A stretch of 64,000 nt of DNA from an uncultured Acidobacteriota bacterium (GCA_963713825.1 CAVQNG010000003.1:1152001-1216000), one strand, 5' to 3'; shown: positions 19,913 through 33,615, counted from the stretch's first letter. Translations and numbers: made by a program. The notes: generated from the sequence alone by a model not told the origin.

Positions 19913-20926
19913 ATGGCAGGTGACGAAATCCGAAGTGTGGACCTGCTGCGGAGCGGATCCGTCTCGTGGAACGAGTGGCGGCGCGGCAACCCCGGGGTCC
20001 AACCCCGGCTGGCGGGCGAAGATCTCTCCGAAATGGACCTCTCCGGCGCCGATCTCAGCGAGTCGGACCTGACCGACGCGGAGCTGTTTCAGACCGATCT
20101 CAGCGAGGCGAACCTCAAGATGGCGGTCATGGTCGATGCTGACCTCTCCGGGGCCAATCTGCGCGGTGCCGGCCTGTACAAGGCCCAACTCAGCCGCGCC
20201 TGCCTGATCGAGGCTCAGTTCGAACGGGCGAACGTCAGCGCCGCCAACCTATCGAATGCTGACCTGCGTGGCGCCGTCATTTGCCAGGCCGACCTCACCG
20301 AGGCCGACCTGTCCCACGCCGACCTGTCCGAGGCGGACTTCAGTGGGTCGAACCTGACGAACGCCAACATCATCGGAGCCAACCTCCGCAGCGCCAACCT
20401 CGCCGGAGCCAACCTCACCGGACTCGTGCACGGTAGTCTCGACTCCAAGATGGGTCACTACTACGGCATCCGGGGTCTGGACAGCTGCTTCGGCAACGCC
20501 CTGTTCGTCCGCGACGCCAAGGACCAGGATTATCTGGACACACTCATGAACAGCATTAACCAGACCCGGTCGACGATCAGCGGGCGGTGGAAGTTGTTCT
20601 GGTTCCACGCGTGGGGCTTGATCGACTACGGCCGCAGCCTCGGGAAGCTCGCGCTGGGAGCCTTGGGGGTGGCTCTTCTGTTCGGTCTGGTGTTCCACCT
20701 GGACGAGACCTTCCAGTGGGGGTTCTTCGACTACCCGACCACCGTCAACAGCCTTCTGACCCCGTATTACTACTCGGTGGTCACCTACACCCGACTCGGA
20801 TCGGGGGGGATCTCGCCCACCCACTGGGTTGGAGAGATCGTGCTCATCTTCGAGCGAATTCTCGGGTTCGTGACCCTGGGGCTTCTGCTATCGATCCTCG
20901 CCAATCGCGTGGCGCGAAGGAGCTGA
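19913..20926 (+). CDS. Pentapeptide-repeat protein with C-terminal two-TM ion-channel-like domain
   Basis: Long A(D/N)L repeats, then TM-'YYSVVTYTRLGSGGISP'-TM. Confidence 0.85.
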   Translation: MAGDEIRSVDLLRSGSVSWNEWRRGNPGVQPRLAGEDLSEMDLSGADLSESDLTDAELFQTDLSEANLKMAVMVDADLSGANLRGAGLYKAQLSRACLIEAQFERANVSAANLSNADLRGAVICQADLTEADLSHADLSEADFSGSNLTNANIIGANLRSANLAGANLTGLVHGSLDSKMGHYYGIRGLDSCFGNALFVRDAKDQDYLDTLMNSINQTRSTISGRWKLFWFHAWGLIDYGRSLGKLALGALGVALLFGLVFHLDETFQWGFFDYPTTVNSLLTPYYYSVVTYTRLGSGGISPTHWVGEIVLIFERILGFVTLGLLLSILANRVARRS

Positions 20927-20965
20927 GGCGATGGGAACACCGGGTACCACACCCCGAGGCCTGTC

Positions 20966-24778
<3,813 letters not shown>

Positions 24779-24788
24779 GGAGAAGGGA

Positions 24789-25151
24789 ATGGCGAGAATC
24801 CTGCTCGTGGAAGACAACGAGATGAACCGCGACATGCTCACGCGTCGGCTGTCCAAGCGGGGCCATGAGGTGTTGATCGCAGTCGACGGGCGCCAGGGAG
24901 TCGATGTGGCGGTCTCCTCGTCCCCTGACATCATCCTGCTCGATATGAGCCTTCCCGTGATGGACGGCTGGGAGGCCGCACGCCGTCTCAAGGCCGACTC
25001 GGCGACCAACCACGTCCCAATTATCGCGCTCACCGCTCACGCCATGGCGGGAGACCGCGAGAAGTGCCTCGAGGCTGGCTGCGACGATTACGACACCAAA
25101 CCGGTGGAGTTCAAGAGGCTACTGGCCAAGATCGACGCCCTGCTGAGGTGA
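24789..25151 (+). CDS. Single-domain response regulator (DivK-like)
   Basis: 'ILLVEDN', 'LLDMSLP', 'ALTAHAM', 'TKPV'. Confidence 0.92.
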   Translation: MARILLVEDNEMNRDMLTRRLSKRGHEVLIAVDGRQGVDVAVSSSPDIILLDMSLPVMDGWEAARRLKADSATNHVPIIALTAHAMAGDREKCLEAGCDDYDTKPVEFKRLLAKIDALLR

Positions 25152-25261
25152 CGGGTGGGGCCGACCGAGCTAGCGACCCGGATTGGATGGGAATAGCTAG
25201 CGCCGTCAAGGCACAACAGCGGTCCACTCAGTCGCAACGCCGCTCTCGAGCCAGGAGCGGA

Positions 25262-25297
25262 CAAGAAAAGGCCCGGAGCGCAAGCACGCCCCGGGCC
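25262..25297 (-). terminator. Rho-independent terminator
   Basis: ggcccgg..ccgggcc stem (25270-25297) followed on the minus strand by ttttcttg; lies between convergent genes. Confidence 0.6.
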
Positions 25298-25341
25298 GAT
25301 CTAGCTCTTCTCCTGCGCTTCAGCGCAAGGACTTCGACAGT

Positions 25342-26424
25342 CTACTGTGGCGGAGTGTAGGGATCCCCTTCCTTCGCAGGGCACTCGTCCGAAAGCTCGT
25401 TGGCCTGCACGAGCATTCCCATCTTGCCACTGCACACCATATTTATGACCTCTCCCACCCCGTAGGGATAGTAGACCGATGGATGCAAGGCGTTCAGGAG
25501 GGCGGCCGTGCCATGACGACCGATCTTGTTGAGACCGCCACCCTTCAGGCGAATGGTCTCGGTCAGATACTTGGGATCGAGCTCGGTGTATTCGCAGACC
25601 GCGAAGTACTCTTCCCAGATGGTTTCCATGCCGGAGGTCAGCGAATCGACCGGCCAGTAGTTGCCCTGCTTCTTGGAGCCGTCGTGGTTCTTCCAGAAGC
25701 CCGGGGTGCAGCCGCTGCCTCCCCGCCGCTGGTAGACGATGTCGTCGATGGCTCCGGATCCCTGGATCCACACCTCCATCCTCCGGACTCCAGGCGTGTC
25801 GAACAGGTCGACCACGTGCTTGCCGTTGCCAGGATCGTTGTTCAGGATCGGGAAGGTGCCGAGTAGCGTGTCGTCCGCATCGTAGAGCTCGACGCGTGGA
25901 TTGGGACCGTTGCCGTCGATGTCGATGAAATCGATGCTCGTTGCGACGATATCGAACGGGAAGGTAAAGGTGACCACTGCCTCAGGAATCGAGTTGGAAT
26001 ACCCGATGTCATTCGGCGAATCCACGAGTCCGTCCGAGCCCACCGACCCATCCGAATTCGTGCAGGTGTCGGACACGTCTCTTTCGTTGATGATCAGGAC
26101 CATGCCCTGGGGGGTGCAGTTCTCGAATTCTCCACCAGCACCGACCGCCGGGTCGAAACCGTTCCCGGGTCCGCCGCAGGCGCCCGAAGGCGTTCCCAGA
26201 TCCAGATCCCTGACTGGTCCACATAGCCTCGGCGTTGTGAACGACGAGTCGAAGGCCACGGCAAAGTTGCCAGCGGCCTGTGGATTCACGCCGGAGATCA
26301 TCGCATCCCCCGACATCGTGATGAAATCACCATGCTCGAACTCTTCGAAATCGATCACTGCGGCCTGCACGCCCACCGAGGCGAGAGCTACCGCCAAAAT
26401 GCCTATCCATATCTTCCTTCCCAT
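25342..26424 (-). CDS. Secreted hypothetical protein with C-terminal 'GCTPGFWKNH' domain
   Basis: Signal peptide after RBS aaggag; Asp/Gly-rich beta domain; 'GCTPGFWKNH...AALLNA' tail. Confidence 0.75.
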   Translation of the reverse strand: MGRKIWIGILAVALASVGVQAAVIDFEEFEHGDFITMSGDAMISGVNPQAAGNFAVAFDSSFTTPRLCGPVRDLDLGTPSGACGGPGNGFDPAVGAGGEFENCTPQGMVLIINERDVSDTCTNSDGSVGSDGLVDSPNDIGYSNSIPEAVVTFTFPFDIVATSIDFIDIDGNGPNPRVELYDADDTLLGTFPILNNDPGNGKHVVDLFDTPGVRRMEVWIQGSGAIDDIVYQRRGGSGCTPGFWKNHDGSKKQGNYWPVDSLTSGMETIWEEYFAVCEYTELDPKYLTETIRLKGGGLNKIGRHGTAALLNALHPSVYYPYGVGEVINMVCSGKMGMLVQANELSDECPAKEGDPYTPPQ

Positions 26425-26535
26425 ACCGGATCTCCTTTTAGGGATGTCCATTGCTGTCTCTTTTCTCATTTCCCGCTGAGCGACGGATTCAGATTCCACC
26501 CTCAACGGCGAGCCCTTCTGGCTCTTCAGCAGCTC

Positions 26536-26647
26536 GTTCCGGCAGTCTGGCGATCTAGGTGCTTGCCTCGATGCGGTTCAGCGAAGAAAGCGGCGAAGAC
26601 CCATGACTTTGCGCCCCCGACTCACGTCGAGTTTGCCCTTTTCGGCG
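26536..26647 (-). ncRNA. c-di-GMP-I (GEMM) riboswitch
   Basis: Minus strand GAAAAGGGCAAACTCGAC-GTGA-GTCGGGGGCGCAAAGTCATGGGTCT...AGATCGCCAGACTGCCG fits the GGCAAA/GNRA/GCAAAG/GCCG consensus; in the 5' leader of 25342-26424. Confidence 0.85.
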
Positions 26648-26766
26648 TCTACAGTTCGAAGGTAGAGCTTGTCCGGCGGAAAGTCAACAGAGTTTCTAAC
26701 ATATAGGCATTCAGCTATTTATCGCTGGCGCCTCCATGAGAACTGCTGGCTCGAGTCCCGTAAGCG

Positions 26767-28086
26767 TCACCGATCAACCTGCACATTGGAAAGGCTCTTC
26801 CTGAAGGACGGCAGCAGGACGAGATTGCCCATCAATCGCCCACCAAGAAAGGCGGCTGCCGCTGCCACTGCGCCGACGAAGTCCCTTTGCACCACCAGAA
26901 AGATCAGGATTGCGGCGATCGTGGTGATCTCAGCGACGGTGGCCCAGGTGATCGGACGGGTATTCCTCGAGTGCATCAGGACTCCACGCTGGAGTGACAG
27001 CAGCACGGACAGAGCCGGAAGGGGAATCAGTATGCAAGCCGGCAGTAAGGCGAACTGGTAGAGCTCTGCATCGAGCCCGGAGAGGGTCTGGAACCAGAGC
27101 TCCGACAGCGGTGTTGCAACGATGATGGCCAGACCGATCGAAGTTGCGAGCCCGAGAGTGGCGGCAAAGCGCATGACCGGTCCGCGATTCGAGGCGCTGC
27201 GACCGAGTATTGCGATCACGACTTCCTGATAGGCGAGCCCGAGAGCGCGAAAGATGAAGGTGAGTGCGTTGATCACCGGCAGCACTGCCAGCGATTCCAG
27301 AGACCCTACGGCATGACCCATGAAGAACGTCACCATGGGATGGGCGGCCAGACCGACAACAGAAGTCCAGGCGAGCGGCAGATAGAACCTCCAGATGTCC
27401 CCATAGGTCAGAGGTGTTCCAGTGGGCGCGTCCGCAGAGGACAGGTAGCGGACCTCGCTGTTAGCGAGATACCGGACAACGGCTGCCTCGACCAGGACTC
27501 CCATGCTGAGAGCGCAGGCGGCGACCCAGGCTCCGGGCAGGTCGCTGACGAGAAACACCACCAAGGCCGTCGCGGTCATGGAGGTCAGCCGGACCGCGGT
27601 GCCGTACGCCACCAGGCGTGTCGAGCCGCTGCGAATCAGGAGGCCCTGATGAAATCGTCGGTAGCCGATCGCGGCTGGCCAGGGCAACAGAATCGCCATG
27701 GCGCCGCGGGTGAGCTGCGCGATCCTCTCGTCGAGCCCGATCCACCCTTGAAGCACCAACTCATAGGCGGGAGTGGCGACGAGGACGAGCATTCCCAACG
27801 TCATCAGAACGTTGAGGATCATCGTGAATCGGCGTAGGCGAATGTATGAGTTTCTGCCGTCGACCAGTGCCGTTGCGGCACCCAACATCATGATGACGGG
27901 CGCTTCTATGATGATGGCCATCGCGAAGGCCACGCCGTGGGCCGCCAGGTTGTAGCGCGGGTCGGGCAGTCTGGCGATGAGAGCAGCGAGGAATGGCCCC
28001 TCGCAGGCCATCATCAACCACGTCGATGCCAGCGGTAGCCAGAACCGCAGGATGTCCCGCTGACGCAGTGGGGTCGGCGTCGTCAT
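26767..28086 (-). CDS. MATE/MOP-superfamily membrane protein (ANKH-like)
   Basis: About 12 TM segments in two repeats ('RFWLPLA' / 'RFYLPLA'). Confidence 0.7.
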   Translation of the reverse strand: MTTPTPLRQRDILRFWLPLASTWLMMACEGPFLAALIARLPDPRYNLAAHGVAFAMAIIIEAPVIMMLGAATALVDGRNSYIRLRRFTMILNVLMTLGMLVLVATPAYELVLQGWIGLDERIAQLTRGAMAILLPWPAAIGYRRFHQGLLIRSGSTRLVAYGTAVRLTSMTATALVVFLVSDLPGAWVAACALSMGVLVEAAVVRYLANSEVRYLSSADAPTGTPLTYGDIWRFYLPLAWTSVVGLAAHPMVTFFMGHAVGSLESLAVLPVINALTFIFRALGLAYQEVVIAILGRSASNRGPVMRFAATLGLATSIGLAIIVATPLSELWFQTLSGLDAELYQFALLPACILIPLPALSVLLSLQRGVLMHSRNTRPITWATVAEITTIAAILIFLVVQRDFVGAVAAAAAFLGGRLMGNLVLLPSFRKSLSNVQVDR

Positions 28087-28185
28087 CGCCGATCAGCATA
28101 GCTTCGCCAGTCACGCGAAGCGAGCGGCAAGGGCTCCGGCTGAACCCTGGAGTCTCTTACCACCTCAGCCGGGAACAAATGCCGC

Positions 28186-30801
28186 TCAGTAGCCCGGCTG
28201 CTCGTTGTGGTCGTAGCAAAGTACTGTGGTTTCGGCGCAGGGTTCGGCCGGCCCCAGAGTGGGGGCCGCCGCCAGGGCCGCGGCCGAGGTCGTGGCAAAC
28301 GGGCCCCACTTGATCGTCAGGCCGTCCTGATCGAGGCGGTAGGCTGCAGCCTGGTAGACGCCTCCGCCGGCCCAGCCGATGTCTCGCCAAAGGATGAGAA
28401 GGCTCGAGGATGTCCGTTGCAGCAGCTCGCCGGCCGGCTCCGAGGTCTCGATCACCGAAGTGTCAGGCATGGTCCACGAGAAGGGCTGGTAGTCGGCCCG
28501 CTGTCGAAGGATCAGGGTATCTGTGCCGGGCTCGTAGGACGACGGGTCGTACTGCCCGGTCTCTGTGGCGATCGGGGCAAAGGCGACGAGCTCGTCGGAG
28601 ACGGTACCCGCATCGGTCCGCTCGTACCAGCCGCCGAGGTTGGTGAACAGACTCGAGAAGTCGGTGTCGCCCTGCCACTGTGCGTTGCAGAGTGCTGCCT
28701 CGGCCCGCCAGGCCCACTGCAGCTGCTCAAACCGGGGCCGGAACCTTTGCGAATCGGGGTCGGCCATGTCCGCTTCCATCACCACCCCGTATGGGTCGCG
28801 ACGGATGTCGTCCATGAGCCCGAAGACGCAGGCGTTGATGAGCCTGCCCTCGACAACAGCCGAAACGTTGAACTCCATCTGTGCCCAGGGGTACTCGGGG
28901 TAGCCACCGCCGCCCACCCGGTAGCCAGCGTAGCCGGGGACCTCGTCCGCAAACGTCTGGGGCTGGGCGACAGAGTCTCCGGCGCTCACCGGGATGGGCG
29001 AGACTCCCAGCAAAAGGTCGGTGCCGGCGTCGACCCCTGTGCAGCTTTCCCAGCTCCGAGGGTCGCAGCCGGTGGCGGCGTGCACTGCGAGCGCTACGTC
29101 GTCGGCTATTCGGCCGACGTGGCCCAGCTCCATCTTCACACCCGAGTCGAGCGCCATGGCGACCTCCCAATGCGGGACGGCGTCGAAGTAATCCGACGGG
29201 GCGCCACTCTTCAATTTCATGCCGGAGATCACGCCGTCCTGGGGGGCGACGTACCATGGGATTCGCTGCCGTACCAGGAATCCATCCGCCGCCGCCCAAT
29301 AGGCACAACCACCGGCCTCCAACTCTGCAGTCGAACAGATGCCGTCGTCGTTGCCGATGCCATCACCCATGAGCTCGTCCAGCTCGCTATCGTCTGCCGG
29401 AAGAAAGCCAGAGAAATTGGCCTTGCGATCACCGAAGACGTGATTGCCGACGGGGGAGAAATGGCCGCCGTAGCCGCCGAGGGCGACGTGGATCGGATCA
29501 CCTGCGGTGGGGACCTCGAGCCGGCTATCGCCCGACTGGATCGCCGCGGAGATCCACGGCAAGTCGAAGACCGGCTGCTGGTCGCCGCTGATCTTCCAGA
29601 CGCCGCTATCCGCCGCGAAGACGCCGAGCTGATTGTGAGTCTGGGGTGCGAGCATGTCGTCGCGGGTGTCGAGATAGACCTGCCGGCCCCCCCCGCTTGC
29701 AGGCATGCCGGAACGGATCTGGCGGAAGTCGACTCCCTGTGGGCGGGACAGGATCGCTCGCTCGTTGGCTTCGTCGATGGTGGCGATCCGGGAGACATCC
29801 AGCACCGTGAACTCGATGTCGGTCCAGGCGGCCATCTCGCTGGCGAAGTCCGTGAACAACCCGGCCAGAGTCGTACCGTCGTGGAAGTAGTCGTCGGCGA
29901 ACGACGGGTGGGGTGAGGTGAACGGGACGCCCGACTCGAGCTGATCCGCGATTGTGGCGAGAGTGGACAGGACCTCGGCGACATCGCCCGAGGTAGTGCC
30001 GTCGATGAAACCGCCGAGCAACGTCCCTGACTGTGACCCGGCACAGTCGATGAGGTTGAAGCTGCCGAAATAGAGATCGACGGAGGGATCGAAGGTGGCC
30101 TCGAGAAGAGAGCCGGCCGAACAGCCCCCATCGAGGTCGAGCCCGATCGTCACCGCCTCGCCGACGGTCGAGAAGGAGGTCACTCCGCCATCCTGTCCCC
30201 ACGGTGGTGTCTGCTGCGTTCCGGACCAACTGCCCGCCACCAGATGCCCCTCCGCATCAAGGGCCACGGCCAGGCTGACAAAGTGGGGGGTCGAGAGGCC
30301 GTCGGTGGAGTCGGCGACAACGAAGCGACGTTCGACGAGCTCCTCCGACCAGCGCACGAGCTCGACCGTCTGGTTGGGGAGATCGCCGGTCAGAGCGAGG
30401 GTTGCTCGCCCTCCCTCGACCGGGCCGGACAGGGTGACGATCCTGTCTCCTGAGGGGCGGCCCAGGGCGAGCTCCAGATCGAGCACGCCGCCGGTGTAGG
30501 CCCCTGACCGCATGACCCAGCTCTCGCTAGTCCCGAGCAGGTAGCCGAGAAGCTCTCCGTCGGCCCGTTGATGTAGCTGAACCGCTAGGGGTCGGGCGAC
30601 CTCACCGGGAAACACCAGAGCGCCTATCCAGGTACCCTCCACGTCGGCAGGAGGAAGACAAGTTGCCTCCCAGGCGCACAGATCCCCTGACTCGAAGCTG
30701 TCGAGGAAGAGTGGAGTTGCGGCATCGACTCCGGATGCCATCGAGGAGCCGATGGCGACCCCCAGCGCGACCGCCGCGCAACGAAAAATAGACGATCTCA
30801 T
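28186..30801 (-). CDS. Large secreted hypothetical protein
   Basis: 871 aa; signal peptide followed by 'LFLDSFESGDLCAW'; several Cys pairs. Confidence 0.75.
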   Translation of the reverse strand: MRSSIFRCAAVALGVAIGSSMASGVDAATPLFLDSFESGDLCAWEATCLPPADVEGTWIGALVFPGEVARPLAVQLHQRADGELLGYLLGTSESWVMRSGAYTGGVLDLELALGRPSGDRIVTLSGPVEGGRATLALTGDLPNQTVELVRWSEELVERRFVVADSTDGLSTPHFVSLAVALDAEGHLVAGSWSGTQQTPPWGQDGGVTSFSTVGEAVTIGLDLDGGCSAGSLLEATFDPSVDLYFGSFNLIDCAGSQSGTLLGGFIDGTTSGDVAEVLSTLATIADQLESGVPFTSPHPSFADDYFHDGTTLAGLFTDFASEMAAWTDIEFTVLDVSRIATIDEANERAILSRPQGVDFRQIRSGMPASGGGRQVYLDTRDDMLAPQTHNQLGVFAADSGVWKISGDQQPVFDLPWISAAIQSGDSRLEVPTAGDPIHVALGGYGGHFSPVGNHVFGDRKANFSGFLPADDSELDELMGDGIGNDDGICSTAELEAGGCAYWAAADGFLVRQRIPWYVAPQDGVISGMKLKSGAPSDYFDAVPHWEVAMALDSGVKMELGHVGRIADDVALAVHAATGCDPRSWESCTGVDAGTDLLLGVSPIPVSAGDSVAQPQTFADEVPGYAGYRVGGGGYPEYPWAQMEFNVSAVVEGRLINACVFGLMDDIRRDPYGVVMEADMADPDSQRFRPRFEQLQWAWRAEAALCNAQWQGDTDFSSLFTNLGGWYERTDAGTVSDELVAFAPIATETGQYDPSSYEPGTDTLILRQRADYQPFSWTMPDTSVIETSEPAGELLQRTSSSLLILWRDIGWAGGGVYQAAAYRLDQDGLTIKWGPFATTSAAALAAAPTLGPAEPCAETTVLCYDHNEQPGY

Positions 30802-30906
30802 CTTGGATTCCGAAGCGCAGTATAGACCAACAGGGCAACGGTGCCCCAGGTCGCTAGGACCGGGAGTTCGTTTCTCGAGGTGTCGGGCCAGCTATTGAAG
30901 CCGGAA

Positions 30907-31518
30907 TCATGTGTTGGAGGCGTTCACCACGAACCCGGTAACGAGCTCGATCGCTTCGGCCCGGGTAATGCGATCCTCTTGTGTCAGCGAACGCCAGGCC
31001 TGAAAGTCGACGGCGTGGCGCGTTGCGGCCAGCAGTAGATGCCGCCTTCGACCTCGAGCGGCCCAGCCGGTGGCCAGGATCTCGGCCACCTCGTCGAGGT
31101 ACTCCTTCATGGGAACAAGCGTCGGGCGCAGATCTTCGATGAGCTCGGCGTCCCGCAGGACGTTGCTGAACATTCGCTCGGTGCTCTCATAGTACGCGTA
31201 GAGATCGTCCAGCACTTGCTCGAGTCGCTGGCGAGGGTCGCTGATCTTCCGCCAGGGCTCGATGTCGGGTAGCGGATGTTCTGCGAAGAAGTGTGCTGAA
31301 CAAGCCCCGAAGAGATCGGCTTCGGTGGGGAAGTGGCGGTAGACGGTGTGGCGCTGCACGCCTGCCCGGTCTGCGACTGCGCTCAATGTTGTGCGGGCTG
31401 GCCCGACCGTCCCGTGGAGCTCGGCGGCAGCCGCGGCGATTCTCTGCCGAGTCTCAATCATCGTGTCGGCTCGCTTCTTGAGCTGGTATCTGCGCTTCGA
31501 TGTCTTTTCATGTGCCAT
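30907..31518 (-). CDS. TetR/AcrR family transcriptional regulator
   Basis: HTH 'TTLSAVADRAGVQRHTVYRHFP'. Confidence 0.9.
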   Translation of the reverse strand: MAHEKTSKRRYQLKKRADTMIETRQRIAAAAAELHGTVGPARTTLSAVADRAGVQRHTVYRHFPTEADLFGACSAHFFAEHPLPDIEPWRKISDPRQRLEQVLDDLYAYYESTERMFSNVLRDAELIEDLRPTLVPMKEYLDEVAEILATGWAARGRRRHLLLAATRHAVDFQAWRSLTQEDRITRAEAIELVTGFVVNASNT

Positions 31519-31534
31519 GGTTGTGCAATGAATA

Positions 31535-31563
31535 TTGACATGATGCGGCTCTCTCTGTACAGT
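31535..31563 (+). promoter_or_regulatory. Sigma70-type promoter for the AhpD-like gene
   Basis: TTGACA (31535-31540), 17-bp spacer, TACAGT (31558-31563); GTGCAA repeated at 31523, 31562 and 31584 (possible TetR operator). Confidence 0.6.
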
Positions 31564-31606
31564 GCAATTCATCAACCAAGCACGTGCAACAAAAATGGAG
31601 GGCTAC

Positions 31607-32182
31607 ATGGCCCGAATCAAGACCGTTTCAGAAAACGAGGCCCGCGGCATCCAGCGCGCACTTGTCTGGCACACAAAGCGTCAATATGGCTATCTGCCGG
31701 GGATCTTCAAGATTCTCCTGCCGGACTTCGGACTGGCGCGACATGTGGGAGCCATCTACAACCATCTCCAGCTTCGCGCGGGCTCGCCGTTGAGCCGTCT
31801 GCAACGCGAGATGATCGCTGTGGTGGTGAACGGTCACATCAGCGGCGCGCCGTGACTGGCTCTCCATACGACGGCCGTGCGCCGTCTCACAGGGGATGAG
31901 CACCTCTCCAGCGAGTTTGCAACTACCTGGCAGACCTACGATCTCGACGAGGGGACCCAGAGCCTGCTCGCCTATGCCGAGAAGCTCACGAAGTCCCCGA
32001 GCCAGCTCGAAGACTCGGACGTCGACGCCCTGCGAGAAGCGGGTTGGAGCGAGGATGCAATCTACGAGGCTACCGCCCTGATCTCGTTCTTCAACTTCAG
32101 CGGCCGACTGGAGGCCGCCTCTGGCCTGCCGCCCGACGAGGTTCCCGCCGGGGCGGTGACGCCGGAAGCTCGGTCCGAATAG
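31607..32182 (+). CDS. AhpD/carboxymuconolactone-decarboxylase-like protein with in-frame TGA (probable selenocysteine, residue 83)
   Basis: ORFs 31562-31855 and 31877-32182 share a frame and are separated only by TGA 31853-31855: 'LSRLQREMIAVVVNGHISGAP-U-LALH'; second half 'LLAYAEKLT..P...DVDALREAGWS...FFNFSGR'. Confidence 0.75.
31856..31900 (+). other. Putative bacterial SECIS hairpin
   Basis: GACGGC-CGTGC-GCCGTC (31870-31886); loop G lies 22 nt after the UGA. Confidence 0.55.
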
Positions 32183-32190
32183 TCCGCAGG

Positions 32191-33615
32191 CTAGCTCGCG
32201 GCTTTGGCCCACCGCGCTTCGTTGAGGGCCGCCGCTTCGGCACTCGGTAGCTCGAGGCCGTGCGAGTCGGGTCCGCGGTCCGCTCTCTTGAGTCGGAAGG
32301 CGAAGAAGACGGCGAAAAGCCCGAAAGCAGCGAACGTCAACATGGTGACGGTGTAGTCGTAGACGCCGGTTCCCGCCTGGAGGGCCTCGACGGTGACCTC
32401 CGGGTTCGACTTGTCCAGGACCCACCCGGCGATGAAAGCCATGGCCCACCACCACAGGTTCTGCATCCAGGTCATCAGTCCGTAGGCGGTGCCGAGGCGC
32501 TTCTCCTCGACGATCAACGCCACCGCAGGCCACATGGCAGAGGGCACGAGGGAGAAGGCGATCCCAAACATCGGCACGAGCAGCCAGGGGGTGATGTAGG
32601 TCAGTGCGAACCCCAGGTGCGAGGCCACCAGGAGAATCGAGCCGCCGATCATCAGCGTGGCGCGCAGTCCCTTCTTGTCCACGAAAGCGCCGAAGATGAT
32701 GGTGAAAACGGCGGCACCCCAGGGGATGAGCGACGTGAAGTCGCCGGCCGCGATTTCTCCGTAGCCGTACTTGTGCTTGAGCATGTCGGCCAGATAGTCC
32801 TGGAACGGAAAAACGATGGCGTAGAACGTCGCGCACAAGAGCATGATGTAGAGGTAGGACTTGTTAGCGAAGAGCGATAGCACGTCCTTGAGGTGGAACT
32901 CCTCGTCGGCAGCCAGCTTGGCGGCGTCCCCGGTGCCACGCTTCTTCTCGTCGCGAAAGTCCATGGCCATGTAGATGATGAAGAGGATCAGTCCCGAAAG
33001 CATGACGACCGCGCCGAGCCACAGCGACGAGTGGAAGCCGAACCGCTCGGCGATCCTCGGTGACATGGACATGCCCAGAGCGCTGCCCACCCGGGCGAAG
33101 CCCAGGTTGAGTCCGAAGGCCAGGGCCAGTTCTTTGCCCATGAACCACTTCGCCAGCACCTTGTTGAGCATGACGATCTGAGTCTCGGCCCCGAGACCGA
33201 AGAGCAGCCGCCCGAGCATCAGCATCTTGAGCTCGGGCGAGTAGGCGGGCAGGAACGAGCTCATCAGGTCGTAGCCGAAACCGCCGGCTGTGAAGGCGTC
33301 GCTGACGCTGTAGGCCGTTACGATGCCGCCCAGGGCGCAGAGCAGAGTGAAGACGAAGCCGGTCTTCCGAATGCCGAACCGATCCAGAAAAATCCCCCCC
33401 AGGAGAGCCATGAAGAGGAACGTATTCGGGACGTTGTAGAAGTTCCGGATCATTCCCCACTGGGTGGAGGTGGCTCCGAGCTCGGTCTGCAGCGTCCCTT
33501 TGAGCGTCGAGAAACAGTCGTAGAGGTAGTAGTTCGCGAAGATGACGAGGCTCATCAAGACGAGGACGACCCAACGGGTCGCACCACGGCTCTCTTCGGG
33601 TTTCGGATCGGTCAA
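32191..33615 (-). CDS. MFS transporter (MFSD1-like)
   Basis: 'GGIFLDRFGIR' motif A, 'GRLLFGLGAE', about 12 TM. Confidence 0.88.
   Translation of the reverse strand: MTDPKPEESRGATRWVVLVLMSLVIFANYYLYDCFSTLKGTLQTELGATSTQWGMIRNFYNVPNTFLFMALLGGIFLDRFGIRKTGFVFTLLCALGGIVTAYSVSDAFTAGGFGYDLMSSFLPAYSPELKMLMLGRLLFGLGAETQIVMLNKVLAKWFMGKELALAFGLNLGFARVGSALGMSMSPRIAERFGFHSSLWLGAVVMLSGLILFIIYMAMDFRDEKKRGTGDAAKLAADEEFHLKDVLSLFANKSYLYIMLLCATFYAIVFPFQDYLADMLKHKYGYGEIAAGDFTSLIPWGAAVFTIIFGAFVDKKGLRATLMIGGSILLVASHLGFALTYITPWLLVPMFGIAFSLVPSAMWPAVALIVEEKRLGTAYGLMTWMQNLWWWAMAFIAGWVLDKSNPEVTVEALQAGTGVYDYTVTMLTFAAFGLFAVFFAFRLKRADRGPDSHGLELPSAEAAALNEARWAKAAS

Noticed and set aside
20020-20420. Repetitive DNA suggesting a CRISPR or tandem array
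   Set aside because: Explained by pentapeptide-repeat coding; no CRISPR array, cas gene, tRNA or rRNA was recognised in the window
26536-26647. 3',3'-cGAMP (GEMM-Ib) riboswitch
   Set aside because: The discriminating position is G (GGGCAAA), which matches the c-di-GMP type
31562-32182. Two separate small genes, or a nonsense pseudogene
   Set aside because: Same frame, the stop falls at the catalytic Cys-equivalent position, and a hairpin follows; Sec read-through is preferred, though unproven
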